IMG/VR virus record: IMGVR_UViG_2061766007_000378
Length of the DNA: 64,000 bases
Strand: one strand, 5' to 3'
Origin: an uncultured virus (IMG/VR IMGVR_UViG_2061766007_000378)
Taxonomy: Duplodnaviria > Heunggongvirae > Uroviricota > Caudoviricetes
Shown: positions 49,519 to 59,639 of the stretch, piece after piece
Layout of the letters: every line of letters begins with the position of its first letter
Position numbering within the stretch: position 1 is the stretch's first letter
The notes under the pieces: generated by a model
What the model was told of the DNA's origin: nothing
Seen by the model: the letters and a program-made list of their open reading frames with translations, nothing else
The model's database searches: none
Made by a program: the position numbers and the translations under genes

Positions 49519-50234
49519 TATGAACCGCCTCCCATAACAGTAGAGGCATTACCGCCATAAATTAAAATTGTTCCATTTAAATCATTTTCAAGCTGGGTAA
49601 GTCTTTCATCAACAGCATCAATTTTTTCAAGCGGAATCTCAATCTCGTCTAGAATCTCTTGTGCTCTGTCTGCACTCGCTTCTGCCGATTCAGCAGATTC
49701 CGTAGCTGTTTCAACTGCTTCCTGAGCTTGTTCAAGAGCTTCTTGTGCTTGTTCAACCGCTTCAGTCGCTTCTTCAAGAGCTGCATCCGCATGCTCGATC
49801 GCATTATCCATGTATTCCTTATATTCGTTGAATAGATCCGTCATGTCATCTATCCAACTGTCATAAGGATCGGGAGGATCGCCTGCGTCAGAAAGTGTCT
49901 TAACAACTTCGATCATCAACAAAGCAGACTTAGCAAGCATTCCGCTTTGATTTGAATATCCCAATTCAGCATAACCGATTCCGCACTTTGACGTGTCCGT
50001 GTTGCTTACAACCCACGTTGCAATGTTTTCTTCGGATGTGATAACAATGGGATACGGATATGAATCCCCGCAGCGTTTAGCAATCAATGAAACGCTTGCT
50101 TCGCCGTAAGTTTCTTGCCAAGCTGAAAAATCAAATTGAATCTTAACGGCATCGTTTTCTGCAAAACGACCGATTCTTAATCGCTGGGGGTTTAACTCCC
50201 CGTCAGGAGCAATTTTTACATTATAAACAATCAT
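49518..50234 (-). CDS. BppU-like baseplate protein with coiled coil
   Basis: IGRFAENDA..FD..W, WVVSNTDT..G.G..EL; paralogue of next gene. Confidence 0.6.
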   Translation of the reverse strand: MIVYNVKIAPDGELNPQRLRIGRFAENDAVKIQFDFSAWQETYGEASVSLIAKRCGDSYPYPIVITSEENIATWVVSNTDTSKCGIGYAELGYSNQSGMLAKSALLMIEVVKTLSDAGDPPDPYDSWIDDMTDLFNEYKEYMDNAIEHADAALEEATEAVEQAQEALEQAQEAVETATESAESAEASADRAQEILDEIEIPLEKIDAVDERLTQLENDLNGTILIYGGNASTVMGGGS

Positions 50235-50681
50235 TTACTGCTCCTCTATATTATATTCTCCTTTGACCGTAGACAAGAAAAAATCTTCATTTTGCGCATT
50301 TAAATCACCAGATCCGCAATTTATTTGCCCTATTGTCTCAATCGTATCAAGAATAATAAACTGCATCATTGCCGATTTTGCAAGAAGTTGATCATTATGC
50401 ATATAATGAAGTTCAAGTAATGCAGTCCCCGTTTGAGCCGTATCAGAATTTGTAAGATCCCATATAACTAAGTTTTCTTCACGAACGGGCGTTATTTGAT
50501 ACGGTTGGGAATCTTCCGGGCGTTTAATAAGAATGATTACGTCATTTGTTCCATAAATCTCTTGCCATGAAGAAATGTCAAACAGAACTCTTTCTGCCTC
50601 ATTTTCATTGTATCTTGCGAGCCGAATACTGGCAGGAGTTAATTTGCCCGTAGGAGCAATTTTTACATTATATATAAGCAT
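50235..50681 (-). CDS. BppU-like baseplate protein
   Basis: Paralogue of 49518..50234 (MxxYNVKIAPxGxL). Confidence 0.6.
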   Translation of the reverse strand: MLIYNVKIAPTGKLTPASIRLARYNENEAERVLFDISSWQEIYGTNDVIILIKRPEDSQPYQITPVREENLVIWDLTNSDTAQTGTALLELHYMHNDQLLAKSAMMQFIILDTIETIGQINCGSGDLNAQNEDFFLSTVKGEYNIEEQ

Positions 50682-50707
50682 TTATTGTTCCTCCGGGCAA
50701 ATTTAAT

Positions 50708-52639
50708 TTATTTATGGTAAATAACTTTTAAACCTTCGTCGCCATAATGGTCATATAACCAATCGGCAGCTTCTTTTTCAGATTTATAATCGTAATAGCC
50801 TTGTGCCCAGATCCCATCATTAGGATTATATCCGGCGCCAACAAAATAACTATTAACCTTTGGACGGAAACCGACTATAAATTTACGACCGTTTTCATTT
50901 TCATAAATCGTAACTACTTCATAACCTTGATGGGTTTTTTCCATAAACTCATTATCGTCTTTAATCTCTTTACCATCAACGTTTTCATTGAAATACTTTA
51001 CATAGAATTCATAATCATGCTCAGGTTTACCGTTTAAGAAACTCTTGATTCTTCTTCTGAGATCTTTTTCAGAATATGCAGCAAACGCGATATCGTCTTC
51101 ACCGACAAATTCTTTACCGGATTTATCTTTTACCTGATAGCAAACGGCATACACATCGGGATCAAATTTTTTGTAATCAATCGCTGCATTTACATCAGCA
51201 TCTTTGAAGTGTTTCTTTTCGGACGGATTATTTTTAAGATAATCTTTTACGCACTTAACGGCGACGCCGATATCTTTAAACGTATCCGTAATCTTATGAG
51301 CAACATCTTCAAACGAAACGGGCCAATCTTCAGAATAAACGATTTCGTCAACAAGTTCTTCGTTAACTTCTTCGGGAACTTCGCCGGTCTTGAGATATTC
51401 AAGATACTTTTTCTGCTTAACAGTTTCAGTCATTTCATCATGAATTTTATCGAGTGCTTCTTTGTCTTCAGAAGTAAGAACCATATCTTCATCATCGCGA
51501 TACTTATCCATGATAGCTTGTTCTTTGCCGAGCAGATCTTCATATTTTATTTCAAGCGCTTCAAGTTCATCATCAATATTAATATCGTCAAGAGAGTCAG
51601 TTGCGATATAATGAGGATATTTGCCTTCTGACATATCTTTGAGTTTCTTTATTAATGTATCAAATGATTTTTTAGCGTTATAATGGTTGACCTGCTGATA
51701 CTCTTGGAATCTTTCAAGGAGTTTATCAAGATCAAGTCCAAGTTTATCGGCATAAAATTTAAGCTGCGGCATCCAAGTACCGTCAAAACCCTTAACGGGC
51801 AGACCTCTTGAATCTTTACCTGTTTCAAGCAGATGACGACCAGCTTCGATTTCACTGTTATGAACGATGCCGTAATAATGAACCATTTCGGAATACATCT
51901 TCTTGTTTTCTTTATTTTCATTATTTACACGCTTGATTTCGGCCATAATCTCATCAAGACGTTCCTGCTCTTTCTTTTTAAGCGGCCTACGTTGCATAAT
52001 GCCTCTTAATTGACGCAGCTCTTCTTGCATTTCTCTGCTAAGCTGTTCATCTTTACGAGTAAGATCCTGTCCTCTGATATATTCTTTCTGTGCGGTATTA
52101 TACTGAAGTCCAGGTTCATTATAAACTTTTTTGGGATCCGGTAAACTAAGCGATTCATTTATAGCTTTACCGGTTTTAGGATCAGTACCGCTTTCAGTTG
52201 CGCCTTCAACTACATTTTGAGTAGTCATATAATTTTTTTCAAATTCGATCGGATCCATCCAGCCCTTTTTATATTCTACAAAATCATAATGATCAAGAAC
52301 ATAAATCGCGTCGTCATCAGCATTATAATGAATAATCATAACGTCGCTGGGATTAGCATCGTTATGAGTGCTCGGATAAATACCGGTAATATTACCTTTT
52401 TCTTCGTCTACGCTTTTCCTATTCTGGGCAATAGTTTTTGCAGATGCTTTACCGTAATCTTCAGCATAAAATTTATCAAGGTTATCGGAAATATCCTGCT
52501 CAGTAAAAATACCCTTTTTGAGGTCATCTTTCATATAATAACCAACTGATAAAGACTTTACTGTATCTACAGAATCTCCGATCTTTACAGCGCCGTAAGG
52601 CGTCATAGTATTCTTTTTGCTGCGTTTAAAAATGGCCAT
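50708..52639 (-). CDS. Modular acidic protein, putative head cargo polyprotein
   Basis: Modules separated by IGDSV, ATDSL, FKDAD, IKDDN; C-terminal WAQGYY domain. Confidence 0.65.
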   Translation of the reverse strand: MAIFKRSKKNTMTPYGAVKIGDSVDTVKSLSVGYYMKDDLKKGIFTEQDISDNLDKFYAEDYGKASAKTIAQNRKSVDEEKGNITGIYPSTHNDANPSDVMIIHYNADDDAIYVLDHYDFVEYKKGWMDPIEFEKNYMTTQNVVEGATESGTDPKTGKAINESLSLPDPKKVYNEPGLQYNTAQKEYIRGQDLTRKDEQLSREMQEELRQLRGIMQRRPLKKKEQERLDEIMAEIKRVNNENKENKKMYSEMVHYYGIVHNSEIEAGRHLLETGKDSRGLPVKGFDGTWMPQLKFYADKLGLDLDKLLERFQEYQQVNHYNAKKSFDTLIKKLKDMSEGKYPHYIATDSLDDINIDDELEALEIKYEDLLGKEQAIMDKYRDDEDMVLTSEDKEALDKIHDEMTETVKQKKYLEYLKTGEVPEEVNEELVDEIVYSEDWPVSFEDVAHKITDTFKDIGVAVKCVKDYLKNNPSEKKHFKDADVNAAIDYKKFDPDVYAVCYQVKDKSGKEFVGEDDIAFAAYSEKDLRRRIKSFLNGKPEHDYEFYVKYFNENVDGKEIKDDNEFMEKTHQGYEVVTIYENENGRKFIVGFRPKVNSYFVGAGYNPNDGIWAQGYYDYKSEKEAADWLYDHYGDEGLKVIYHK

Positions 52640-52656
52640 AGGAATCTCCTTATAGA

Positions 52657-53148
52657 TTATTCAATATTATTTGTTCCCGGAATAGGATAACTTGTAACAA
52701 CAAGGATAGATGGAACTGCTTTTGTTTTATAAAGCGCCATAAGCTGCGCTCCGTATGAACTTTGATTCCAGAACATTGCTTCTTGAGAATCGAGCATGGT
52801 TCTTGAAAGATCATAAGTTTTATTGAATCCGCCGATCGTAGCACTTACCATAACGCCTTTGATAGCTCCACCGCCTGCAATTTCACTAAGGGAATCACCG
52901 GCGGGAGCTTGCATTTGCTGCGATATAAGCGTTGCATAATGCGCGATGCAATAACTCATTGCAAGCTCCCAGTCTGTTCCAAAAATAGAATAGAATATGT
53001 GTGCGTCTGCAATCGGATACAGCTTGTTAAAATAACGCTGGCCTTCTGGCGTGCCCATAAAATTAGCAAATTGCGGCATCCAAAAAGTGAAATCTTCAAT
53101 CGTAAATTCAGGATTTTTCTTATCAAGTGTAATGCCTATAATTGCCAT
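52657..53148 (-). CDS. Head-tail adaptor (DUF4054-like)
   Basis: [20 protein letters not shown]. Confidence 0.75.
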   Translation of the reverse strand: MAIIGITLDKKNPEFTIEDFTFWMPQFANFMGTPEGQRYFNKLYPIADAHIFYSIFGTDWELAMSYCIAHYATLISQQMQAPAGDSLSEIAGGGAIKGVMVSATIGGFNKTYDLSRTMLDSQEAMFWNQSSYGAQLMALYKTKAVPSILVVTSYPIPGTNNIE

Positions 53149-53160
53149 AATATGTACCCT

Positions 53161-53517
53161 TTATTTTTTTAACGCCTCGAGCTCTTTAAGGTGTTCTTTT
53201 TCTTCATCAAGAATATGAGAATAAACCTCTTTACGCTTGTCATCATCCGTTGCTTTAATTGCCTCGGTGTATTCATCAATAGCTGTTTTTTCACTATTAA
53301 TTAATTTATCAAGCCAATCAACCGAATCTTTCTGAAGCTTAATAATGTTATTAATTCTTGCAGGAATAACTTTTTCCAAGTTACATTTATCACAGCACTT
53401 GCCGTAATCTTTAACCGGAAAAGGATTATTACCATAACCCTCATAAGTTTCACCGCAAATACAACATTTATTCTTGGTGTTTTCTTTTGCGTCTTTTATA
53501 ATATGAAAAATTTTCAT
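53161..53517 (-). CDS. Zn-finger plus ferritin-like half-domain protein
   Basis: CCICG..GNNP.P...CCDKCN; SEKTAIDEY...EEKEH. Confidence 0.7.
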   Translation of the reverse strand: MKIFHIIKDAKENTKNKCCICGETYEGYGNNPFPVKDYGKCCDKCNLEKVIPARINNIIKLQKDSVDWLDKLINSEKTAIDEYTEAIKATDDDKRKEVYSHILDEEKEHLKELEALKK

Positions 53518-53519
53518 AA

Positions 53520-53759
53520 TTATTTGTATCCTTTAGATTCAAGATTTCTTACTCTGGACTCAATATCACGTTCCCAAAATTTATGCTCGTCTAGTGTTTG
53601 CCGTATATAAAGGATATCTGTTTCGATCTTAGCAAGTTTTGCTGACATATCGCTGTTATCTTTTACTTTATTACGACCAAATGCAAGCCAACCGAAAATT
53701 ATACTGCATATAACCCCAGCTGCCGCAATAACTGCTGTAACTGCATTGAAGATTTCCAT
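53520..53759 (-). CDS. Holin-like membrane protein (one TM plus coiled coil)
   Basis: N-terminal hydrophobic helix, then KIETDI...RVRNLE. Confidence 0.55.
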   Translation of the reverse strand: MEIFNAVTAVIAAAGVICSIIFGWLAFGRNKVKDNSDMSAKLAKIETDILYIRQTLDEHKFWERDIESRVRNLESKGYK

Positions 53760-53773
53760 TATTACTTGCCGCC

Positions 53774-54079
53774 TCACTTCTTTAAAAGGTTCCAGTGTGA
53801 TACAATCTCCGTAATAATTTTAGAAATCGTGCTAACAATCAAAGAATATGGGATCTGTAAACTTTCACACTTTTCTTTAATAGCATCAAGAACATACTGT
53901 TTTTTCTCTTCACCATGCCCTTGCGGCCATCTTTCTTCAGCTTCGATCATTGCAATTTTTACAGTTTCAAGAATTTGGGATACCCAATGATTTTTTACTG
54001 CAACATAGATCCAATAAAAAAGGATTGCCGCTCCAAGCGCTGTAATAATTACAAGCTCAACAATTTCAGTAGTTGACAT
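53774..54079 (-). CDS. Holin (LL-H-like)
   Basis: N-terminal TM, AMIEAE...GEEKKQYV motif. Confidence 0.65.
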   Translation of the reverse strand: MSTTEIVELVIITALGAAILFYWIYVAVKNHWVSQILETVKIAMIEAEERWPQGHGEEKKQYVLDAIKEKCESLQIPYSLIVSTISKIITEIVSHWNLLKK

Positions 54080-54083
54080 ATAA

Positions 54084-54569
54084 TCACCCCTTTAATGTCG
54101 GACTATACAGGATCTGGCCACAAGTAAATTCCCAGGACTGTTCAGCCGCAGTCTGGCCGAAAGTCTGATCGGGAATTTTAACAATGAAGCAATCATTACA
54201 AGTAATATATTGTGTTGCCGCTTCATTATTAAGAACGGGATTAATGGTGATTGTGATACCGGTCGTGGATTCAATATCGGCAGATTCAAATGCAGAACAG
54301 ATCTGAATAAGACGAATGACCGTATCGGATACCTGACGAATATTAATTCTTACGATACCGGTTTTATCAAGATTCTTATTATGAACCCAAGATCCGGTGG
54401 GATCCGCTTCAGTAGTCCAAAGATTAGAATTACGGGTTACCGAAATTTCACCGACGCAAGAACCTGTCCCATTTTTACCGGGACCGCCGATCGTAATAGT
54501 TTCTGCTTCACTATTACCGATTGCAGGAACGGTAAGCGTTGCCTGATAATCGGCAAGCGAATAGCGGCT
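54084..54569 (-). CDS. Tail tube protein (start in gap; missing from the ORF track)
   Basis: Manual translation SRYSLADYQATLTVP...EADPTGSWVHNKNLDKTG...KIPDQTFGQTAAEQSWEFTCG; follows the sheath gene. Confidence 0.75.
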   Translation of the reverse strand, partial: SRYSLADYQATLTVPAIGNSEAETITIGGPGKNGTGSCVGEISVTRNSNLWTTEADPTGSWVHNKNLDKTGIVRINIRQVSDTVIRLIQICSAFESADIESTTGITITINPVLNNEAATQYITCNDCFIVKIPDQTFGQTAAEQSWEFTCGQILYSPTLKG

Positions 54570-54619
54570 TNNNNNNNNNNNNNNNNNNNNNNNNNNNNNN
54601 NNNNNNNNNNNNNNCCTCC

Positions 54620-55762
54620 TTAAAATACTTCGCCGTTTATAACGATCTTTCTGATACTATAACTATCAGCAAGAAGGATATAAATCTTTGGCAGTTGATG
54701 AGCAGCACGTTCTGCAGGAGTAAGACTTTCAAACGGAAGAATTACTACTTTATAACCAGAATTCAATACTGTATTTGTATCAATTACTTTATAGCCCTCA
54801 TAATATAATGCAGGATCAGACCAAACTTTTGTAGTAGAAAGATATCCGTTATTTACATAACGATTAAGTTCCTGTACAATAGCATTCAAAATGGTGTTCA
54901 ATCCGGATGCATCATATCTGATTTTATTTTCAAGAACCTGAATAACAACGGAAGTAAGCGTTTGCTGAATTACAAGCAGCATAAACTGATTTGTAAGATC
55001 ATATCCTGCAGTATCATTACCGCCGATATTTTTAACTCTATCAATCAGTTTCGTATCAATATTCATATCATAAGCGATTGCTTTCTTTACAAGAGCATCG
55101 CTATCAAAAACATAATATTTACTATTGGTAGGATCATTCTCATAATTTTCAGTTGTAAACATATAATCCTGAGTTGAATTATAAGAATATACGTCTATCG
55201 CAGTGTAGTAAGCAAGAATCGATGCACCAATACCTTGGCTACCGAGCTTAACTACATAATTTTCAACTTTAATCGCTGCGTCAATGTTTCCATATTCAGC
55301 TTCAGTCATTTCAGAAACGAAGATCTTTTGCATAATAGGTTCATTTGCAGCAATCATTTCGTTATTATATGCCTGAGCAATAGCTCTAAAAACAGATTCA
55401 GCAGTCGGGTTAGCATTATCAGAATCAGCAACAAAGCCAACCATAATATATTCCATCGGCAGATTACGTAATTCAGTAAGAACAACGGATGTTGCCGGAG
55501 TAGTAATATCAATACTATTAACAGTTACTACGTATAATTTACGGCCAGCATTTCTGAAAAATGCTTCAATATAATCCTGAATGCCAGCAAGATAAGCAGT
55601 TTCTCCGGAAAAGCTCGGGGCCTCAGTAAGAGATTTATAACTTACAGATGTTGCATCTGCTTTATAATGGATAACTACTGCAGTATCTCTTGTAGCATTC
55701 GCATTTATCTTAATCGCATGATTAATTGCGATTTGTACAAAGTTCGTTAATTTTACACTCAT
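54620..55762 (-). CDS. Tail sheath protein (DUF3383-like)
   Basis: FVQIAI start, KIRYDASG, ERAAHQLP...SIRKIVING end. Confidence 0.75.
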   Translation of the reverse strand: MSVKLTNFVQIAINHAIKINANATRDTAVVIHYKADATSVSYKSLTEAPSFSGETAYLAGIQDYIEAFFRNAGRKLYVVTVNSIDITTPATSVVLTELRNLPMEYIMVGFVADSDNANPTAESVFRAIAQAYNNEMIAANEPIMQKIFVSEMTEAEYGNIDAAIKVENYVVKLGSQGIGASILAYYTAIDVYSYNSTQDYMFTTENYENDPTNSKYYVFDSDALVKKAIAYDMNIDTKLIDRVKNIGGNDTAGYDLTNQFMLLVIQQTLTSVVIQVLENKIRYDASGLNTILNAIVQELNRYVNNGYLSTTKVWSDPALYYEGYKVIDTNTVLNSGYKVVILPFESLTPAERAAHQLPKIYILLADSYSIRKIVINGEVF

Positions 55763-55797
55763 TTCAAATCTCCTTCAAAGCTGGATTCTTGCTTAGA

Positions 55798-56355
55798 TTA
55801 TGGATGAGTTTCAACATGGCTAACAGGTTCAACCGTTATACCAGATGGAACACTAAATACTCCAGGGCTGTCTAATATTCCAGTATTAAACCTAACTTTA
55901 AGATGTAACGTCATATCGCATCTTGGCCAGATTGTATTATTGATAAACTCATTTATCGCCGTCGGAAAAGAAATGCCGTTAATAAATACGCCTTTTCCAC
56001 GCATTTTCATTGCGACATCTTCCGTTTTAAACCGCATTAAAATTTCTTGTGAAACTTTATGAGCGGCATTTCCATAGATTTTTAGATTGAAGCTCATTGA
56101 TGAAAGCGACGAAACGGATCCATCTTCTTCGTATGTAACGAAGTTATCTTGATTATCATCTTCAACAAGCTCGAAAATTATAAAACAATCAGTTAAATTA
56201 AACGATGCAGATTGAGAAGAAGAAAGAATTTTAGAAAGATCGGGGCCGCGAGCTGAGGCGGCATTCATTATACGATCAAGACTTATGCCGGTCTGGGTGC
56301 CTAATTCCGGTCGTACTTCGCGTATAATATCTTCATATGTTATTGATTTAATCAT
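55798..56355 (-). CDS. Neck / tail terminator protein
   Basis: Position; LKIYG, EFINNTIWPRCD motif. Confidence 0.6.
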   Translation of the reverse strand: MIKSITYEDIIREVRPELGTQTGISLDRIMNAASARGPDLSKILSSSQSASFNLTDCFIIFELVEDDNQDNFVTYEEDGSVSSLSSMSFNLKIYGNAAHKVSQEILMRFKTEDVAMKMRGKGVFINGISFPTAINEFINNTIWPRCDMTLHLKVRFNTGILDSPGVFSVPSGITVEPVSHVETHP

Positions 56356-56765
56356 ACCAAAGTAGCTCCGTTAAGATAAGCAAGATACTCTTGGAAATCA
56401 TGATAATCATTAAGATTTACCATAGTAAGAGTCGCTTCCCGTACGCCCCATTCGTCATAATCATGCACCCCATCAACGTGGAGCCACCGATTCTTATAAA
56501 ATATAAAATCTCCTTTATCTATACGATATAGGCTCTTACAATAGAAATCATATTTAAGACTTTCGGTATTACCGGACGTTGATAAATTTAGCGTACTTTC
56601 TCGCGGTTGAAGAGATCCGCGAATAGTAGTTTTCTTAAATGTGTTTATTCTTCTTCCAAGATCGTCTAAATTACTTGAAACGATCGGGTACCAATCATAG
56701 TCAAATGCAAACCATTCGATGGCCTCATAAAAATATGTTGGATCTACTACATGGTTTTGCGACAT
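56352..56765 (-). CDS. Head closure protein
   Basis: IRGSLQP, GDFIFYKNRW...DYDEWG. Confidence 0.6.
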   Translation of the reverse strand: MSQNHVVDPTYFYEAIEWFAFDYDWYPIVSSNLDDLGRRINTFKKTTIRGSLQPRESTLNLSTSGNTESLKYDFYCKSLYRIDKGDFIFYKNRWLHVDGVHDYDEWGVREATLTMVNLNDYHDFQEYLAYLNGATLV

Positions 56766-56780
56766 TTTAATACCCTTTCT

Positions 56781-56832
56781 TAAAAAGCGGGCCAAACTTA
56801 GACTAAACTTGTAGTCTCCATTTAGCCCGCTT
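56781..56832 (-). terminator. Terminator-like stem-loop after the major capsid gene
   Basis: aagcgggccaaa/tttagcccgctt outer stem with inner agacta/tagtct hairpin; U-tract on minus strand. Confidence 0.55.
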
Positions 56833-56845
56833 AAGTTATACGCCC

Positions 56846-57955
56846 TTAGGCCTCAGCTGTGAAGTCCCAGTAGCTTACGATACCAAGCTCAGCGGAGCTG
56901 GTGTTATAAGGCATCTGGATTTCAGAAACCTGACCAACAAAAGCGGTCGTGTAAGCCATCTTATCGATGTTCGGCAGGGTGATGTAGTGCTGAATCGGAT
57001 ACGGAATATCGATACGAACAAACTGTTTGTTCTTACGATATGCAACGATACGACCGTGACCACCGACGCCAAGAGTATTCAGATCTTCACGTCCTTCAAT
57101 CGTAAGCTTCAGATCCTTGCCAGACTGAGCCATGCCAAGGTTATGAGCCAGAATGAATTCGTAAAGGTTGCTGGAATACAGAGGCGAGAAACGAGAAACA
57201 AGGTCTCTCATCATCCAAGTCGGAACAAGGAAGGTATCCGGAAGGATCTTCACGTTCTGGTTGGATTCTGCCAAATAGGTTTCGAATACGCCGTTAATGA
57301 ATGCAACAACAGCTGCATCAGACAGACCTTCGAAGCCCTTACCAGTTGTGCTGGTATTAGTAACGGTGCTCACCATTACGTTATCGGCATTGAACATGCC
57401 CTTGTGACCAGCAACGCCAGTGTAAGCGATCTGCTGAACGAAGAGGTCCCAACCAGCAACGATTGCATTCTGGTAGATGTCCTGAATGCTCTTCTGCAGC
57501 GTCAGTTTCTTCATCTTTTCCAGTTCAACGAACCGCAGGTCGTACGCAACTTCGTATGTAAACACGTTAACTCTACGCTGATCCATAGAAGCGTTAACGC
57601 GCGGGATATAGTTGGCATTATTGCCGACAAGGTTACGGGCATTGTTCATAATGCCGGCCCAGTCAACAGTATAATACTCAACATAATCTACGAAACCGCC
57701 GCCGGTTTCAAACGGGATATCTTTTTGCCATGTAACGAAGTACATAGGCTCATAAAGATCCTTATGAAGTTTAGCAAGGGTTGTAGAAAGGAATGCAAAA
57801 TTTGCATCATGAACAGCCGTATCATTAATAACGGCTCTCTTTGCACGAGCACCGTAGAAATCAGAAACAGACACCACACTTCCGCGTTTTGCGGCCGGGA
57901 CTGCATCTACGAAAAAGCTCTTCTCAACTTTGGTAGGTGTAAAAAGTTCACTCAT
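56846..57955 (-). CDS. Major capsid protein (DUF2184-like, HK97 fold)
   Basis: LYEPMY, IAYTG...GMFN, PDTFLVP, GRIVAYRKN; biased codon usage. Confidence 0.85.
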   Translation of the reverse strand: MSELFTPTKVEKSFFVDAVPAAKRGSVVSVSDFYGARAKRAVINDTAVHDANFAFLSTTLAKLHKDLYEPMYFVTWQKDIPFETGGGFVDYVEYYTVDWAGIMNNARNLVGNNANYIPRVNASMDQRRVNVFTYEVAYDLRFVELEKMKKLTLQKSIQDIYQNAIVAGWDLFVQQIAYTGVAGHKGMFNADNVMVSTVTNTSTTGKGFEGLSDAAVVAFINGVFETYLAESNQNVKILPDTFLVPTWMMRDLVSRFSPLYSSNLYEFILAHNLGMAQSGKDLKLTIEGREDLNTLGVGGHGRIVAYRKNKQFVRIDIPYPIQHYITLPNIDKMAYTTAFVGQVSEIQMPYNTSSAELGIVSYWDFTAEA

Positions 57956-57969
57956 TGTTTCGATCCTCC

Positions 57970-58479
57970 TTATTTAATAACAATCTCTGCTACGTAAACA
58001 GGAGCAAGATCGGTTCCCTTGTTTTCGTAAACGCCAGTGAAATACCAGCCAGGAACATCAGTTGCATTTGCTGTACCAGAAGTAGTAAGAGCTCCGGTTG
58101 CGAGCAGGCAAGCAACTTTTGCGCCGTCTTTAATGTTGGCCACAGTTGCGCCAGCATCAATACCGACAGCAATATAACCATTCAGCAGAAGGTTGATTGC
58201 TTCTCCGGGTTTCGTAACAACTTCGTAAGACGGGCCAGCAGGATACTGCGTAGCCAGTTTTACATTTGTGCCGAGCAGAATGCCGGCGATATCAGAAACG
58301 GCAGAAATGGCGGTAGTAGGAACAGCGTATTCACCCTGAGTTGCGCCATAGACAAGCACATCACCAAAATGAGCATCTGCGGAGCCACCAAGCAAGCCGC
58401 CCTGAACATTGTACTTATCAGAAACTGTCGGGTAACCTTTGATCAGTTTCCGAATACTTTTCTTAATGATCAGACCCAT
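57970..58479 (-). CDS. Head decoration (cement) protein
   Basis: Immediately upstream of the capsid gene; GEAINLLLNGYIAV. Confidence 0.7.
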   Translation of the reverse strand: MGLIIKKSIRKLIKGYPTVSDKYNVQGGLLGGSADAHFGDVLVYGATQGEYAVPTTAISAVSDIAGILLGTNVKLATQYPAGPSYEVVTKPGEAINLLLNGYIAVGIDAGATVANIKDGAKVACLLATGALTTSGTANATDVPGWYFTGVYENKGTDLAPVYVAEIVIK

Positions 58480-58481
58480 TG

Positions 58482-59039
58482 TTATTTTCCTCCGTAATAT
58501 TTTGCCCAAGACTGAGCGATTTCATCATCAATAGCAATAGAATCATCTGTATCTACTGCTTTGGTTTCAATAGCACCAAAAGATTTCTTGGAATCATGAG
58601 TTTTGGCATCACCAATAACTTCTTCAGATTCTTCAATTTCTTCTGTTTTGTCATCTTCAGGAATTTCAAGCAGGTCTTCATCGGAATCTTTTTCTTTTGC
58701 GGGGAGACCTTCGAGCTCTTCCTTTACTGACTTTTCATCCAGCTCTTCGTCGAGATCTTCTTCATCATCGTCTTTTTTGCCGGATTTCTTTTCGCCGACA
58801 AGTTCCAGAAGAGCATCTGCTTTCTTCAGGAGTTTTCTAATCAGCTCAAGTTCTTTGTCAGACAGCGCCTTCGTAACAGCATCTTCACAGGATCCGTCTT
58901 TTGCACATGTATCTTCGCAAGATTCGTCTTTTGCGCATGCTTCTTCGCCAGTTTTAAAACGAAGCTGCTGCGGATCTTCAGAATCTTTTGTACGACGGAG
59001 CGGTCTTTTTTCATCAGTATTAATAATTCTGAATTTCAT
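58482..59039 (-). CDS. Scaffold-like acidic protein
   Basis: Acidic, many KD/ED/GD/HD-S/A motifs; upstream of decoration and capsid genes. Confidence 0.6.
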   Translation of the reverse strand: MKFRIINTDEKRPLRRTKDSEDPQQLRFKTGEEACAKDESCEDTCAKDGSCEDAVTKALSDKELELIRKLLKKADALLELVGEKKSGKKDDDEEDLDEELDEKSVKEELEGLPAKEKDSDEDLLEIPEDDKTEEIEESEEVIGDAKTHDSKKSFGAIETKAVDTDDSIAIDDEIAQSWAKYYGGK

Positions 59040-59185
59040 TAGAANNNNNNNNNNNNNNNNNNNNNNNNNNNNNNNNNNNNNNNNNNNNNNNNNNNNNNNN
59101 NNNNNNNNNNNNNNNNNNNNNNNNNNNNNNNNNNNNNNNNNNNNNNNNNNNNNNNNNNNNNNNNNNNNNNNNNNNNNNNNNNNNN

Positions 59186-59639
59186 TTCTTAAATCATATA
59201 GATACTTATTTTCATCATTAACCTGCAAGATATTTGAAAGAGTTGCATTTGAAATAAGCGTTATTTCTATCTGATTTTTAATGTGGTCTTCAATCGGAAT
59301 AGACAATTTTTTCAATTTTTGTTCAATTGTTTTCTTTGTCCATCCTTTTTCAAAAACCCCAATAAACGCTTCGTCTATAAACTTATTAATCACTTCATTT
59401 GCCCATAGAACGCATTGTTTTAAAATTGGCCGCGGAGGGATAGTCATCGTACCGAATTCCGTAAAGTACATAACTTCACCGAGAGTCATAGTAATTTTTG
59501 TTACTGTATCGTCGGTATTTAAAATACTAACTTCTGCCGGAAGATGACTATCATTTAAAAGACCGAATTCTATTTTATAGTTATTGAGCGTATCAAAAAC
59601 TTCAATTTGTTTAATCAAAGCTTTGATTTCATTAACCAT
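59186..59639 (-). CDS. Tail-completion/neck protein (3' end in gap)
   Basis: EFGTMTIPPRPIL motif. Confidence 0.65.

Noticed and set aside
56987..59274. Long + strand ORFs (336, 180 and 223 aa) opposite the capsid genes
   Set aside because: Antisense shadows of strongly codon-biased structural genes with no RBS or motifs
58482..59639. Single 385-aa fusion of neck and scaffold proteins
   Set aside because: Joined only by reading through a ~140-N gap; the halves look like separate genes
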